Below are positions 14,455 to 30,060 of a stretch of 64,000 nucleotides of DNA, piece after piece. Where the stretch lies: the NCBI GenBank assembly GCA_951406725.2, contig OX597815.1:87234001-87298000 (forward strand), given 5' to 3'. The stretch's first letter is position 1; the number at the start of each line of letters is the position of its first letter. The notes beneath the pieces were generated by a model, which saw only the letters and a program-made list of their open reading frames with translations, was not told where the DNA came from and ran no database searches. The translations under genes were made by a program, and so were the position numbers. This stretch comes from Octopus vulgaris. Lineage: Eukaryota.

Positions 14455-14930
14455 GGTTGATGCCAGTGTCCCTTGACTGGCTCCCATGCTAGTGGCATGT
14501 AAAAAACACCATCTGAATATGATCAATGCCAATCCGCCTGGCTGGCTCCTATGCCAGTAGCACATAAGTACCATCCAAATGTGGCTGATGCTAGTACCTC
14601 TTGGCTAGCTCCCATGCCAGTGGCACGTAAAAAGGACTATCCAAACATGATTGATGCCAGGACTGCCTGACTGGCTCCCATACCAGTGGCAGATAAAAAG
14701 CACTATCCAAACATGATTGATGCCAGGCCTGCCTGACTGGCTCTTGTGCCAGTGATACGTAAAAAGCACCCACAACACTCTTGGAGTGGTTAGCATTAGG
14801 AAGGGCATCCAGCTATAGAAACATTGCCAGATCAGATTGGAGCCTGGTGCAGCTGCTGGCTCTCCAGACCTGTCAAACTGTCCAACCCATGCCAGCATGG
14901 AAAACAGATTTCAAGTGATAATGATGATCG
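14455..14930 (+). mobile_element. SINE family C with about 5 internal tandem ~60-bp units
   Basis: Repeated gatgccag...tgactggctccca/tgccagtggca.gtaaaaagcac units precede the conserved 3' part, which ends gatgatgat. Confidence 0.8.
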
Positions 14931-17900
14931 CTAGAAATGTGATTAAATAAATGGAAACAAGTAATAATCAATACACTCTTGCTTTTGTGTGTGGGTGTTA
15001 GGGGGGGTGTTAAGACATGCACACAATTTAGTCTGTCTTGAGCCTACTGGCTCATTAGGTCAAAGTATATCTCTGCTTCCATGGTTTTAAGTGACAGAGT
15101 AGAAGATTCCTTCCTGAAGAAGACAGCAGTTCATCAATATGGTTAATACACCCAATCCCAATGCCACTATTCATTTTCAAATGAACAACCTGAAGTAAGA
15201 TGAAATGAAATGACTTGCACCATGTGCAACCCAGTCTGAGAACTGAATCCACAAATCCATGACATAGTAATCTTATGTCTGATGCTGAAACACTAGCCTA
15301 GTGCATTCACACACACACAAACACACACACACACAAAACCTAGTCGTGATCATGGTTGCAAGGACTGACCTAGGATTAACTCTGTAAACTAGTCAGTATG
15401 AAAGAAATATAATACACTACTTCCTGATGTACTGCGTAATTTGTACGAAAGTAAAAATCTTGTTCTTACAAATACATAATACACACACACAAACATACAT
15501 ACAAACATGAACATATGTATACACACAAACATATACATACATGCATATGTTAACACAAACAGATGCACATACATACAAGTTTACATAAAATATTTTTCTC
15601 CTGCAATGCTCGTTAAAGTGCACCATATGTACGTCTAATATCCCCATACTTATGTCTGATAATATGTTCATAAGAAGTCATGCATAAATAACAATTTGCC
15701 GTTTTACTAACATTGGGAAATGAACAAAAATCTAGAAGTGTGTGTGTGTGTGTGTGTCCATCCAAACTCATACACCTGCACACAATTATCTTAATATTTG
15801 CTTTCCAATAATGGCCAGGGTCAGATGTGTCTGCAATATCTCGATTCTACAGCATATCATCTGGAAACCAATATTCCTAGATTTCTCCTCATGTCCTCAT
15901 CCCATATTTTCCTTCGACTAGCATGAGAACTTACCAGTATCTACAATTACACACACTCACACACATACACACACTTATAGTATATTTTAAATGCAGCGCT
16001 CAACCCAAACTCCTGACTATCTACACTCTAAATTTTATGCATTTGTGCAAACACACACACACATGCATGCACAAATATATATGTTTACCTGCATGAATGC
16101 TGGTATTTTATATGAGCATATGTGGGCGGGTGTGTATGTATATATGTGTGGACAGACAGGCAGATGAGGATGGTGGGATGATAAGTGCCAACACACGAAA
16201 CTTTCAGTCTAGAATCACAGTATAACTACTGTTGATTATTAATAAAAAATAAGGGTGAGAGAGAGAGAACAGTTTTTCTTAATTTTATACATTCCCACAC
16301 ACCTAAACAAGCACATATATCTTTCAGCCATACCGAGAGTAAATATGTTTGACTATATCCATTATGTTCTCATGTGATATGTTTATGAGTTTGTTCACAC
16401 CAGACTTATGTGCATTTGAGGAGGTAAGGTTCAATAAAATCATTATAAATATGTTAAATAAACAGCCAATAAATATGTTAATTAGTCATTCACAAGAGAA
16501 ATTTAAACTGCATCACTTAATGTTTTCTAAACACTCTTACTAATACACACACTAATTATAATGAAAATGTGATCATTCACCACGAAGTGAGAGAGAGAGA
16601 AGAAAGTAAAAGAGAGGTGAGAGAATAGAGTGGGTGTGTATCTACACGTGTTTACATTTCTAAATGCAAGCATTTGGTTATGTGATGCATAGAATTGTTA
16701 AGAGCATTTAATTGTGTATGCGATGCACACATGCATGCACATGTGTGCAGTGAATATTTGTGTATTTATGTATTCACATTTGAATGCAGTATTATTAATG
16801 TGCACATCTATGGATGCACATATGCAGCTGTTTATCTAAATGCATGTCTACACGTTTACAATAATCACACATTCATACAGACACATGCAAATAATATGCA
16901 CTTGCACTCTCTCACACGTACAAAATGTGCAAAAATTTCTGAAACTAAACACTGTAGCAACAGGTTATAATCCGTGAGAGCGTTTATAGACTATTAATTC
17001 CTTAGCTGTGAAGATGGTACAACCTTATTACTTAACTATCGTTAGCTCAAATCTCACAAGAATCAGCAAGGTTTTTTTTATTAATTCTTGTAACAACAAA
17101 ATAATAATAGTAACACTGATCTATGTGACCCTTCCATTATTACCCTTCATTTAATCTGGTTGACCCCCAACAATATCCCTTCACGATTCACCTGATCCAA
17201 TTGACTCATATATACACTATCTGTCCACCTTACACTTGATCCACTGACCCTTATATTATCTCTTCCCCTACTCACAAATATTGGTTATGCTCTAACTCCC
17301 ACCCTACAAAAAAGTATCTTTGTTGTTTTAGCTTTTAATTGGATTTAGGAGGTGGGGATCAATAAACATAAGTACAACTAAATAAGGATGTCAAATTAAA
17401 CAGGGTCTGGTTTGATCACTTTGAATATTTCATCAATGGGAGTGCCACTGATAACAGTAATGATGATAGAAGTAGTAATGGTGGTGAAGGTGATAATTGT
17501 GAGAGTGGAAAAGGTAATAGCAACAGCAGTCATGATGATTATGGTTATAATGGTAAATATAATAGCCAATGATAACAGTGGGGATAATGATAAAAATGGT
17601 GGTGGTGGTGGTGGTAATGGTGGTGGTGGAGGTAACGTGATAGCTGTGATTGTAAAGGTGATAGTCATGTTGGTGGTAATGAGGGTGAAGTCAATAATGA
17701 TAAATGGTGGTGGTGGTGGTGGTGGTGGTGGATCCAGTGGTTTGTTAAGTAATTACTTTTAGCAAGAGCAAAATAAAAAAAATACCACCACTGATGGTAA
17801 CATGTGAAATCTATCAAGCAGCACTGGTGTAGAAAATGGTTGTTGCAAAAATAGGGGTCAAAAAGAATGAGGGTGGGGAAAACCTACCACAAAAAAAAGA

Positions 17901-18199
17901 GCATTAAGAAGATGAATACAATCTGGGAGGTATTGTTTTATTTGTATAGTTTGTTTTGTTTTTTTGTGGTTTGGGGTTTTTTTTTGCATTAGATGTAGCA
18001 GTGATTGGCAAAATGTTTGTGTTGATTGGAGTTGAATGAGTCATTTAGAAAAACCATCCCTGCTTTCCACATTGACAGAACCCTAAATCTGTCTCTTTCA
18101 CACATGCACACACACATATGCAAGGCTTTTCGCAATGCAGTTCTTAGATGCTTGATATAAATATAAATAAAACATCAAAACTATTGAACAAAAATAGAA

Positions 18200-18440
18200 A
18201 ACTCATAAGAATATGACCACTACAGAAGAATTATTTGGGACAATGCTTAGCAGGGAGGGGAGGAGGAGGGGGAGGAGGATATTAGGAATGAGAACCCAGG
18301 TTCGGAATTTCCCCAAGACACCTGAGGAAGGCTGGAGGGTATATCAGCCGAAACATGTTAACAACAAACAAGATGAGGACAAATATCCATCAAATGTAAA
18401 TAATGTACATAATTCCTCATCTCTTAAATACAGAACTGTA
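18200..18440 (+). mobile_element. Penelope-like element terminal fragment with a hammerhead-like core
   Basis: ctgaggaa-ggctg...cagcc-gaaac at 18322-18354 (CUGANGA, stem II, GAAA). Family assignment is an inference. Confidence 0.4.
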
Positions 18441-18456
18441 TATAGATATATATCTA

Positions 18457-18678
18457 TTTCTTTATTGCCCACAGGGAGCTAAACATACAGAGGACAAACA
18501 AAGGGAGTAAGTTGATTACATCAACCCCAGTGCGTAACTGGTACTTTTTTAATCAACCCAGAAAAGATGAAAGGCAAAGTCAACCTCGGTGGAATTTGAA
18601 CTCAGAACGTAACAGCAGATGAAATACCACTAAGCATTTTGACTGGCATGCTAACAATTCTGCCAGCTCGCCACCCTG
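18457..18678 (-). mobile_element. Family B SINE, well preserved
   Basis: aaaggcaaagtcaacctcggtggaatttgaactcagaacgtaac...ctaacaattctgccagctcgccacc. Confidence 0.8.
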
Positions 18679-18720
18679 GAACTGAATATATGAATATATA
18701 TGAATATATATATATATATA

Positions 18721-18772
<52 letters not shown>

Positions 18773-18774
<2 letters not shown>

Positions 18775-19020
18775 CATTATTAACAGATTTTGTTGAATTT
18801 TCTGCTGCTTTAAATAAAGCATATTACTCTACCACTGGTATTTGAGTACTCTTTTTTTCCACCTTGTTTCACATTTATGTGTTTACTCCGGTATATATAT
18901 ATATCATTATTAACAGATTTTGTTGATTTTTCTGCTGCTTTAAATAAAGCATATTACTCTACCACTGGTATTTGAGTACTCTTTTTTTCCACCTTGTTTC
19001 ACATTTATGTGTTTACTCCA

Positions 19021-19022
<2 letters not shown>
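18773..19022. repeat. Tandem duplication of a ~120-bp unit flanked by (TA)n
   Basis: atcattattaacagattttgttga...gtgtttactcc.g occurs at 18773 and 18903, nearly identical. Confidence 0.9.
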
Positions 19023-19087
<65 letters not shown>

Positions 19088-19338
19088 CACACACAACTCT
19101 TACAAGAGAAGCCCTGTTACTTCACTACTGAATTTGTCAAAGGGGGTTAAAGATAACAAAATACATCTGTTTCATGCAATACATTTTGGGTTCATAAACT
19201 CCATTCCATATTTGTTGCAGACTATGCCCAATTCTAAATGATTTGACTTTTTTTTTATTTATTGTGCACGTCCATGTGAACATGTCTTGGTTTTAGATTA
19301 ATTAAAATGTATCGCAATGGGCATTTGCAATGGGCATT

Positions 19339-21484
<2,146 letters not shown>

Positions 21485-22419
21485 CACATGTGTATACACA
21501 CATATGCACACAAACAGATGCATATATACACATATACATTCACCTTGCTTCTATTCATTGCCTACATAAACCTGTGGATATCTCTCCTTCACTACATTAT
21601 GCTGCCCTTGTAGGAACTTCTCTATGACACACATTTGCTCTCATCTCCTTGACACATATTTGCTCTCTTCGCACTATACTATTTCACCTAAAAAACAAGG
21701 GATATCACTGGACCTACTTAGGTCCAAGCCAGCACCACCATTATTTTGTACTCAGTACACCCGGCCATCATCATATCAACATTTCCTCTGATTTCCTCTC
21801 AACCCAATTACTGAGTATACCATCATACACTTGTTCTCTTCACCAACACATCCAACTTTTTCTCTGCTATTCGGAGTCTTGGTCAAGTTGAATTGAGGGA
21901 ATGGACATAGCATGAAGGACTGAGGATTCCTTAGTCTTACAGGCAAAACTGCAACTTCACTGGTGTTGGTGTCACAATGAAATGCATCTGATACACTTTG
22001 TAAAGTAGTTAGTAACCAAGAGGAGACAAGATGCAACCAAAGGCATCTTTTGGTCATCTTTCGGACAGGACCATATCTCTAGTGATAAAATGCATCCAGT
22101 ACACTCTGTTGCATGGATGGCAAACAAGCAGAGACAACAAAGGGCTGAGGAGACCCTCTAATGTCACTGAAAACATGACAACCTCTTCTGGATTTGCACC
22201 ATGATAAAATGACATCCACTGTATTCTGTAAAATGGTTGATGGCAGGAAAGGCATCCAGCTATAGAAACCAAGCCAAAAATTAAACATATCAGTAAGGTA
22301 TGGTCCTCTAACTTATGTAGGACAATATCTTCAAATAAGAATTGACTTGGACCCTGATGACTTATGATGATAATTATATTAACACACACACGTATGTGTG
22401 CACGCATATACACACACAC

Positions 22420-23760
22420 ATACAATCAACTACAGAAGCATCAAATTTATAGGCCAAGTTATGCAAGTAACAGAAAAAGTTGTGATTGAATTAATTGGAA
22501 AGAGAATTAGTTTTGACATGATCTAGTTCAAGTTTGTGCCAGGTTAGGGTACCATGATGCTCTATTCCTTATGAGACAAGAGAAGATCTAAACAAAGAGC
22601 AAATCACTGTACTAAGCATGCATTGATCTGACAGGGTACAATGGTCTGTAGTCTGGTGGTTGCTAAGAAAACTAAATGCAGATGAAGGGCCATGAAAGTC
22701 ATTTACAGATATGCTGTGAATAAGGTGAATTTGCAATTAATTCAGGAAGAAGTTTAGCCATCAGGGATCAGTTCTCAGCCTCTTTCTGTTTATCATAGCT
22801 CTCAATCATAACAAAGGTATTTAAGATTGGCTGTCCATGGGAACATCTGTATGCTAATGAAGAATTAGAGAAGTTCCAAATATGGATGCACAGCCTAGAA
22901 TTGAAAGTCTTGAAGGAAACCTAACAAAGACAAAAGTTTTAACTCATAAGAAAAAAGACAAAACACAACTAACAACTGGGCACTATACATGCTTGATACA
23001 AAGAAAATTAGTCAGAATCTATATTGTGTAACCAATTTAAACTGTAGGTGCACAGGACATGCAATTCAGACTGATTAGTACAGAAGGACTGCATGTAGCA
23101 GATGCACACAGGCATATTTAACAGTAAGAGCAGCCACAAAATAAATTTGCTCAAATGCTCAAAAGGTCACTAAATGTAATAGACAGTTTTTGTTGCCTAA
23201 GTAACCTTATTTGCTACGGAGAAGCAAGAATAAGAATGGATTGGAAAAAGTTCAGGGACTTATTACCTCTGTTAGAAACAAAGAGAATGTTTCTAAGTGA
23301 AGATCAAATAGTTTGATGTTTATGCACAAAGAACAATGTTGTATGATAGCAAAACATGAGCACTTACTATAGATGGTGTGTGAAGGCTGGAAAGAAATAA
23401 GCTGTGTATGCTCTGCTGGATGTATTAAGTTAGTGAACATGAACAATGGAATAGAAATGAGCTGAGAGAAAAACTGGATACAAGAGAAATCTGGATGTAC
23501 AAGAAATGTATTATGCAAGAGAGAAGCCAGAGCAGGTTTGAACATGTGATGCATATGGGGGATAACAGTTGAGTAAGAAAGTACCAAGTGATCCAAATGG
23601 AAAGAACTTGCATAAGTGGAAGACCAAGGAAAACATATATAAAGTGAAGATAAATCTCAAGTGACTGAACCACAAATAGGAGAGGACAACAGACCCTAAC
23701 AAGTGGTCAGATGATGTGCTGGAGAAGGCCAGTCTGATTCATGCAAACATGAAAACTATA
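22420..23760 (+). mobile_element. Degenerate RTE-like LINE (RT and 3' end)
   Basis: Remnants of QFGFVPGRGT.DA.FL.RQ...LY...IDL (22520-22630), HQGSVLS..LFII (about 22758-22800) and a catgcaaacatgaaaac tail. Confidence 0.7.
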
Positions 23761-26004
23761 CTGATCTCTCTCTCACTCTCTCTCTCTCACTCTCTCTCTC
23801 TCACCCACTCACACATGCATGCATGCATGCATGCTGTGCATACATGCATATTTCTTCTATTAATACCATTGTAAATTTACATTTTTATCAAGAGAAATAT
23901 ATTTTAGTCGTGACATAAGTGATGAAAGAAAGAGAAGTAGGCACTTTTTTTAACTGAAGATTGAAAAAATAAAAGAAAAATCAGAGAAAATACAAGAAAA
24001 TCGTTAAAAAAACAAGCAACATATATACAGCTATCTAATCAGCATGACAGTGAAGTGTGTACAAAAAATATATATATTAAAAATGCAACAACAAAATATA
24101 GTGAATATGAAGGTGAAGAGTAACTACAAACAATGTTCTAATTAATTGAACTAAGTGGTTCCACCGCATTTTACATAGTTATATAGTTTTTAAACACACC
24201 CACACAAACACAGTTCCTTTATAAAATTCCATTAAATTAGGTGAACAAACACAGACTGGCACACATACATACACACCTATTCATCTACATAAATTTACTT
24301 ATATATTCACATATACACACATCCACACGTCTATTTTTCTCTCTGTTTCTCTCTTACACACACACAATGTTCTTTATCCCTCAGCATGCTCCATCAATAC
24401 ATGACATGTCCAGTCTCTCATACTTCTATCAGCCAATGTCCAGTCTATCAACAACTGATACCTAGTGACTTCCCAAAATACCCTCCCTCTCTCTCTCAAC
24501 TAGATTATTATTCTCTACCAAACATAAATGACACAATATTCCACCCAATCATTAGAAGATACTCTATATTTGCCATCCAAATCTCTAAACAAATGGCATC
24601 CAATTTCTTGCACACAGACAACATCAATGTGCCTTTCCCTACTTACATGGGTAGCAATTCTCCAAAACTTTTCTCCTCCCTAAAAACTATACTGCCTCTC
24701 CCACCATAAGCACCACTACTAACACTTACAATTCAACTGAAGTATCCAAAACTACAACTTCAGTTGATCCATATCAGTAAGTCATACTTGCTCCCATACA
24801 GTTTTAAGCTAGTCTAGTGTACCTAGTACATTCTTTGATGCTTGATTTCTTGCTAGAAACCTCACAGAACCTTCATGCGCTAAATGTTTACACAGACTAT
24901 GAAATATTAAATTCTTACTTCTTTATACTCTACAAGCTGAGCAAAGGAATTTCCTTAACACAACTAGACTTTTGTGACCTCTACTACTGACTTAATATGA
25001 AGAATTTTCATCAGTCACCTTCAGGCATTTTGGTGAAATTATATTCTTACTTTCAATTCACACACACACATGTTCGCATGCATGCACACACGTGCACACA
25101 CACGCACAACTTAGCTTAGGCAAACGATTGATTTTTTTTTTCCATTAATTAATCTTAAAGTGTAAATATGGCTCAGCAAGAGATCAGCTGCCAACAATAT
25201 AAATGTACTATGGTCAATGCTTATAGATTTAACCTCACTAACCTGGTCCCCGTTAGCATATCAACTTCAACTTTACTCAAAATATTCAGTCAAAATCAAT
25301 GAAGTATCTGGCATAGTGAAAGCTAATAAGACTACATCAGATTTCTTTAAGTGCAAATCATGATGGTGGGAGTATTAATAATGATGGTGGTGGTGGTGGT
25401 GACGACAATTCTCTCTCACTAAATAGAAAGTCAATTCTTATATGAAATACGACTAACCTACCCTGATAATGTTCAACCTTGTTAGAACAGTAACTAACAA
25501 AGATGAAGATAACGATAATCATGTGTGTGTGTGTGTGTGTGTGTGTGTGAGAGTGTGTGTGTGCGCATGCATGAGCATGTGTATAACATATATATTTTTT
25601 TTATTTGTTTACATCTCTACCTTTTAATGTTTAGATTTATCCTCCTGCTTTCATTACTCAACATATGAGCTTGAGGGTCACTGATACATTTTGATGTCAG
25701 TGTCTCTGCTCTGTCAATCCACTTTATGATGCTCCAGTGCCATGAATGTCAAACAACAACTGTCCACATTAATTTGATTATATTTTATCATTATCACCAC
25801 TACACTCCTCTATAGTTTGCCCTAGAATTTTATTGCCATTAACTTTTCTCTTTACCAATCAGACACCTACACTCCAACTTATTGTTTTCACTCTAGTATT
25901 TGTTTATTCTTTTCACATCACCATTATTATCACTACTATCATCATCATCATTGTTGTTGATAGCATTATTATTAGCATTTACTTCCTAATGGTAGCATTA
26001 TATT

Positions 26005-26470
26005 GAAGGCAGCATGCCAGGTAAAACGCTTAGCAGCATTTCATCCATCTTTATGTTCGGAGTTCAAATTCTGCCATGGTCAACTTTGCCTTCAATCTTT
26101 TTTTGGGGGGGGGGTGGGGGGTCTATAAAATAAGTACTAGCTGAGTACTGGAGTTGATGTAATCAACACACCCACTCCCACAAAATTGCTGGCCTTGTGC
26201 CAAAATTTGGAATCAATATTAATACTATGTTCATCATCATTATTATTATTATTATTATTATTATTAAGGCAGCAAGCTGGCAGAATCATTAGCACACTGA
26301 ACAATGTGTTCATCTTTTTGTTCTAAGTTCAAATTCTCCCAATGTCAAGTGCCTTTCATCCTTTCAGGGTTAATAAAATAAGAACCAGTTGAGCGCCAGG
26401 ATCAACGTAATCAACTAATTCCCATTCACCAAAATTTCAGGCTTTGTCTCTATAGTAGAAAGGATTATCA
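26005..26470 (+). mobile_element. Two tandem family B SINEs with (ATT)n tails
   Basis: aggcagcaagctggcagaatc...gttcaaattc...ctttgcctttcatcc...gtagaaaggattat, opposite in orientation to the 2160-3810 cluster. Confidence 0.75.
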
Positions 26471-27028
26471 TCATCAGCATCAAAATTACCCAAATCTTGT
26501 TTTTTACTAACTGCTCTTGTTTACCAGTTATCATAATTGAAACGATTTTCTTTTATTATTCTTATTCTTTTTTTAACTAAATTTTTGTACATATCCTTAT
26601 TTTTAATTTTATTATCATTATTGTGCACTCCCCCACCCCATAATATTTTCTATATTGGCCATTACTTACAGTTGTGATTTATTACTGTCCAGTATTTTAT
26701 CAAAGCCTTTTGTACCACAACTATTAGTTTTATTAAGGTTGGAAATGTGATTTTTATCTTTTTCATAACTATTTTTTTAATACTCATTGTTGTTTCCTTT
26801 TTATATAAACAACACCAAATGCATATTATTCACGCAACGCAAAGAGGCACAGCTTAATGCCAATCTGATGAAGAACCACTCCAACATATTCAATCACACA
26901 TATTACATAACTTTTCACACAGAATCATTTATATGCAATGTATTGAAAAACAAAGAGATACAGAAACAATTCAAACAAATATCAAAGCAGTGGTAAATTC
27001 ATTATCTCCTAACATATATGCACGCATG

Positions 27029-27072
<44 letters not shown>

Positions 27073-28059
27073 ATAAGTCACTTAAAGAACCCTGATTCCA
27101 GAACAATGATTTTAAAACTTAAAAGCTATTTCAGCATAATGACACAACTATATTGCAAAATGACCAAACTGTCACTGAGACAATAACATCAAAAGACTTT
27201 AGAAACCACAAAAACAACGCACATATTGTCATAATGATTATATATTATGGTCATGGAAGCTCAATGTTGCAACTTGAGTTGAAGTGGCAGAATGGCTTCA
27301 ATTAGATTTGGCTTGAGATCTGAAACTTCTATGGAGAACTTATCCTTGAGAACGGTACCTCAGAATTTGAACTTTAGGATAGCAATTTGCATTCTATTCA
27401 AAATGTGATTTCATGTTGCAAACACTAGCCTCACTAGACCTAAAGCAGTGCCAGCATACTATAACTATAGAGCACCAGAGCAGCCTTATATGTTGAATCA
27501 GCCAAGAAACTGATAATTCATGCTCTATCAGAAACATTATGATTGATAGAGTCAGATACAAAGATATACAAACATATGTGGGGGGGAATATATAGACAAT
27601 AAAAACAAATAGACAAGCTGACAAAATCAGTGAAACAGACAGCTAGAGAGAGAGAGAGATGTGCAGGCAAATAGTAACCACTACTCCTACCACTTCCATC
27701 ATCTACTCCCTCAGTCTATACTCACAGTTGAATGACTTTACAAGTGCCCTACTCAATAGGACTGAAACATGAAGACTAACATCTTTATATTTAAAATAAA
27801 AATACTAAAAAATAATATTGTTTGTGAATTAATCTAATTAACTCTAAAATTAGCTTTTTGGACTGCTTTCAAGAAATGATCTATAAATACATCTTTTCAA
27901 GAAATAAAGTTGCTTTACTTTTTAAATTTTTTCCGTCTTCTTTCACATTTATTTTCTTACTCTTTGTTTTTAAAACCCATCATCACTGCCACTCTTATCA
28001 TCACTATTATCATTTTAACATCTATTTCCCTATACTATCACAAATAAGGTAAGTCACCT

Positions 28060-28800
28060 TTCTACACATCATAATTGTGTGCCAGGTCATCTGTAAAAGT
28101 CAACATTTTTCAGTCTAGTTCATCCTAGATCTTTCTTTACATCTAAGAAACGATTTCATTTTATATCTCTAATTTTTGTTTGTTTTCTTCCATCTATCAA
28201 TTGTCATTTCCTTGCATTAAATGTTCCTACTAAAGTGGCCATCTCACACATTTTTAACTGCAATTCAGTTTAACTTACTTGCACGTCCATCAGTCTACAA
28301 TCAGTCAATTTTTCTCTGATTTCTGCAGATCCTCTAGATTGATTATTTTTTCTTCACTGCCAAATAGCTTCTCACTCCTTCAATTTCTTTAACTCAGATA
28401 CCTTTGTTTACAAAAAATATTGGCAAAATCGGTAGTAAGCCCTAAACCACTTCCATCACTCATGAATCATTAACACCAAGCAACAAGGAATCCTACCTCC
28501 AGCATTAAGTATGTCACCTAAGTAACAATACTTAGTGAATCATCTGAGTAGTCCATGGTCTACTAAGCAGTATATGGCTAACGGTTACTCATGCAGTTAA
28601 CTTCTCCAGTAACATATAGTGAGATTTTATAGAATACTTTAATGTGCAGATGCTCCGTTTAAGGTCTAATTGTTTTCATTAAAGTCCTTGTCAACTCTCC
28701 ACATATCAGGCAAGGACATTCGATTTACACTATCAGTTTTTTGGGTATTTTTGTTTTTTTTGCAATGTCTGTCATTGATGAGTGCCCTACTTTAAAGAAG
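28060..28800 (-). mobile_element. Highly degenerate LINE remnant
   Basis: Weak similarity in composition and motifs to the RTE-like remnants (for example taggtgacatactt, LGD-like, near 28510). Strongly decayed. Confidence 0.3.
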
Positions 28801-30016
28801 GAACATAGTAAGATGAGAGGGAATGGATGTAAACAGAGGAGAGTGGTGGGAGCTGGGGTAGGTTCTGGCGTAAGAGCTGGCAATGGAGTGAAAGCTGACA
28901 GGTGAGGACAAAGGAGTCATTTTTGGGTGAAGGTGTGAAAGGCTGAAAACCTTCTCTAGTTTTTCATCTCCACTAATTATGATAAGGTGCCAAACCAAAA
29001 GTGTCCTTAACCTTGGATGCTGAGAAGCCTTTTTATTTAAAATAAAAATACTAAAAAATAATATTGTTTGTGAATTAATCTAATTAACTCTAAAATTAGC
29101 TTTTGGACTGCTTTCAAGAAATGATCTATAAATACATCTTTTCAAGAAATAAAGTTGCTTTACTTTTTAAATTGTTTTTTGTTGAGATGTCAAGTTTATT
29201 GAGGCAATGTGATTAGCAAAAGATACCAATTCTATTTTCTTAGTATAAATTTATCATTACTGGAATCATCATCATCATCATTTAGTGTCTGTTTTCCATG
29301 CAAGCAAGGGTTAGACGGTTTGACTGGAACTGGTAAGCCAGCCAGCTGTACCAGGCTCCAGTCTGAAACGATTTCATTTTATATCTCTAATTTTTGTTTG
29401 TTTTCTTCCATCTATCAATTGTCATTTCCTTGCATTATGGGTCACCGGTACAGGGCTGCATGAAATTTAATTTTGCAGTTAAAGGATTTATCCACTGGAT
29501 TCAAAACCAACTCTTCCAGCTTTTTCACTTCCTCATGGTAACCTGAGAAACATGTCATCAGCATATAGATATTCCCAAAGAAATTCAATTTGCCAAAGCA
29601 ACAAGGCATAGCACCTGGGTGGATACTCATGTGTACACCAAAAATTCTTCGTTAACAATATATATACTTTATTCAAAATCCTCAAAATTAATACACAATT
29701 CTCAAAAGCTAGTCATCCATAACTAGCTTTCTCATTGCCTCTCATACTACAGAATGTGGATAACTGACAATAGCTATTCTAAAAGTCATTTTAAAATCCT
29801 CTCTCTAACAGAAGTTAGATGAACATAGGTGCAACTTTCCTTCCTCAAACTAAAAAAATACACAAAAACATTTTTTTGAAACTGCACTTGATCCTTTGCA
29901 CATTGTTCTAAAAAGGTCTCAGATGGCCAACCTAACAAGGTTCTAGACTACTAACCAGAACAACAGTTCATATTACATCAATGAGACAATGACTCAATTT
30001 CCAAATGGTCCAGTTC

Positions 30017-30060
30017 ACTTACCTGTAAGAAGGAACCAATAAGTATGTAAAACTTAGCAC
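30017..30060 (-). promoter_or_regulatory. Candidate recursive splice site (ratchet point)
   Basis: Minus strand reads gctaagttttacatacttattggttccttcttacag|gtaagt: a pyrimidine tract and CAG immediately followed by a perfect GTAAGT, in the long intron after exon 34434. Confidence 0.45.

Noticed and set aside
14455-14770. Regularly spaced repeats superficially like a CRISPR array
   Set aside because: Whole ~60-bp units are homologous with no unique spacers. They are part of a eukaryotic SINE, and there are no cas genes.
17396-17762. Gly/Pro-repeat ORFs
   Set aside because: Degenerate (GGT)n/(GAT)n trinucleotide repeats with no splice-site support.
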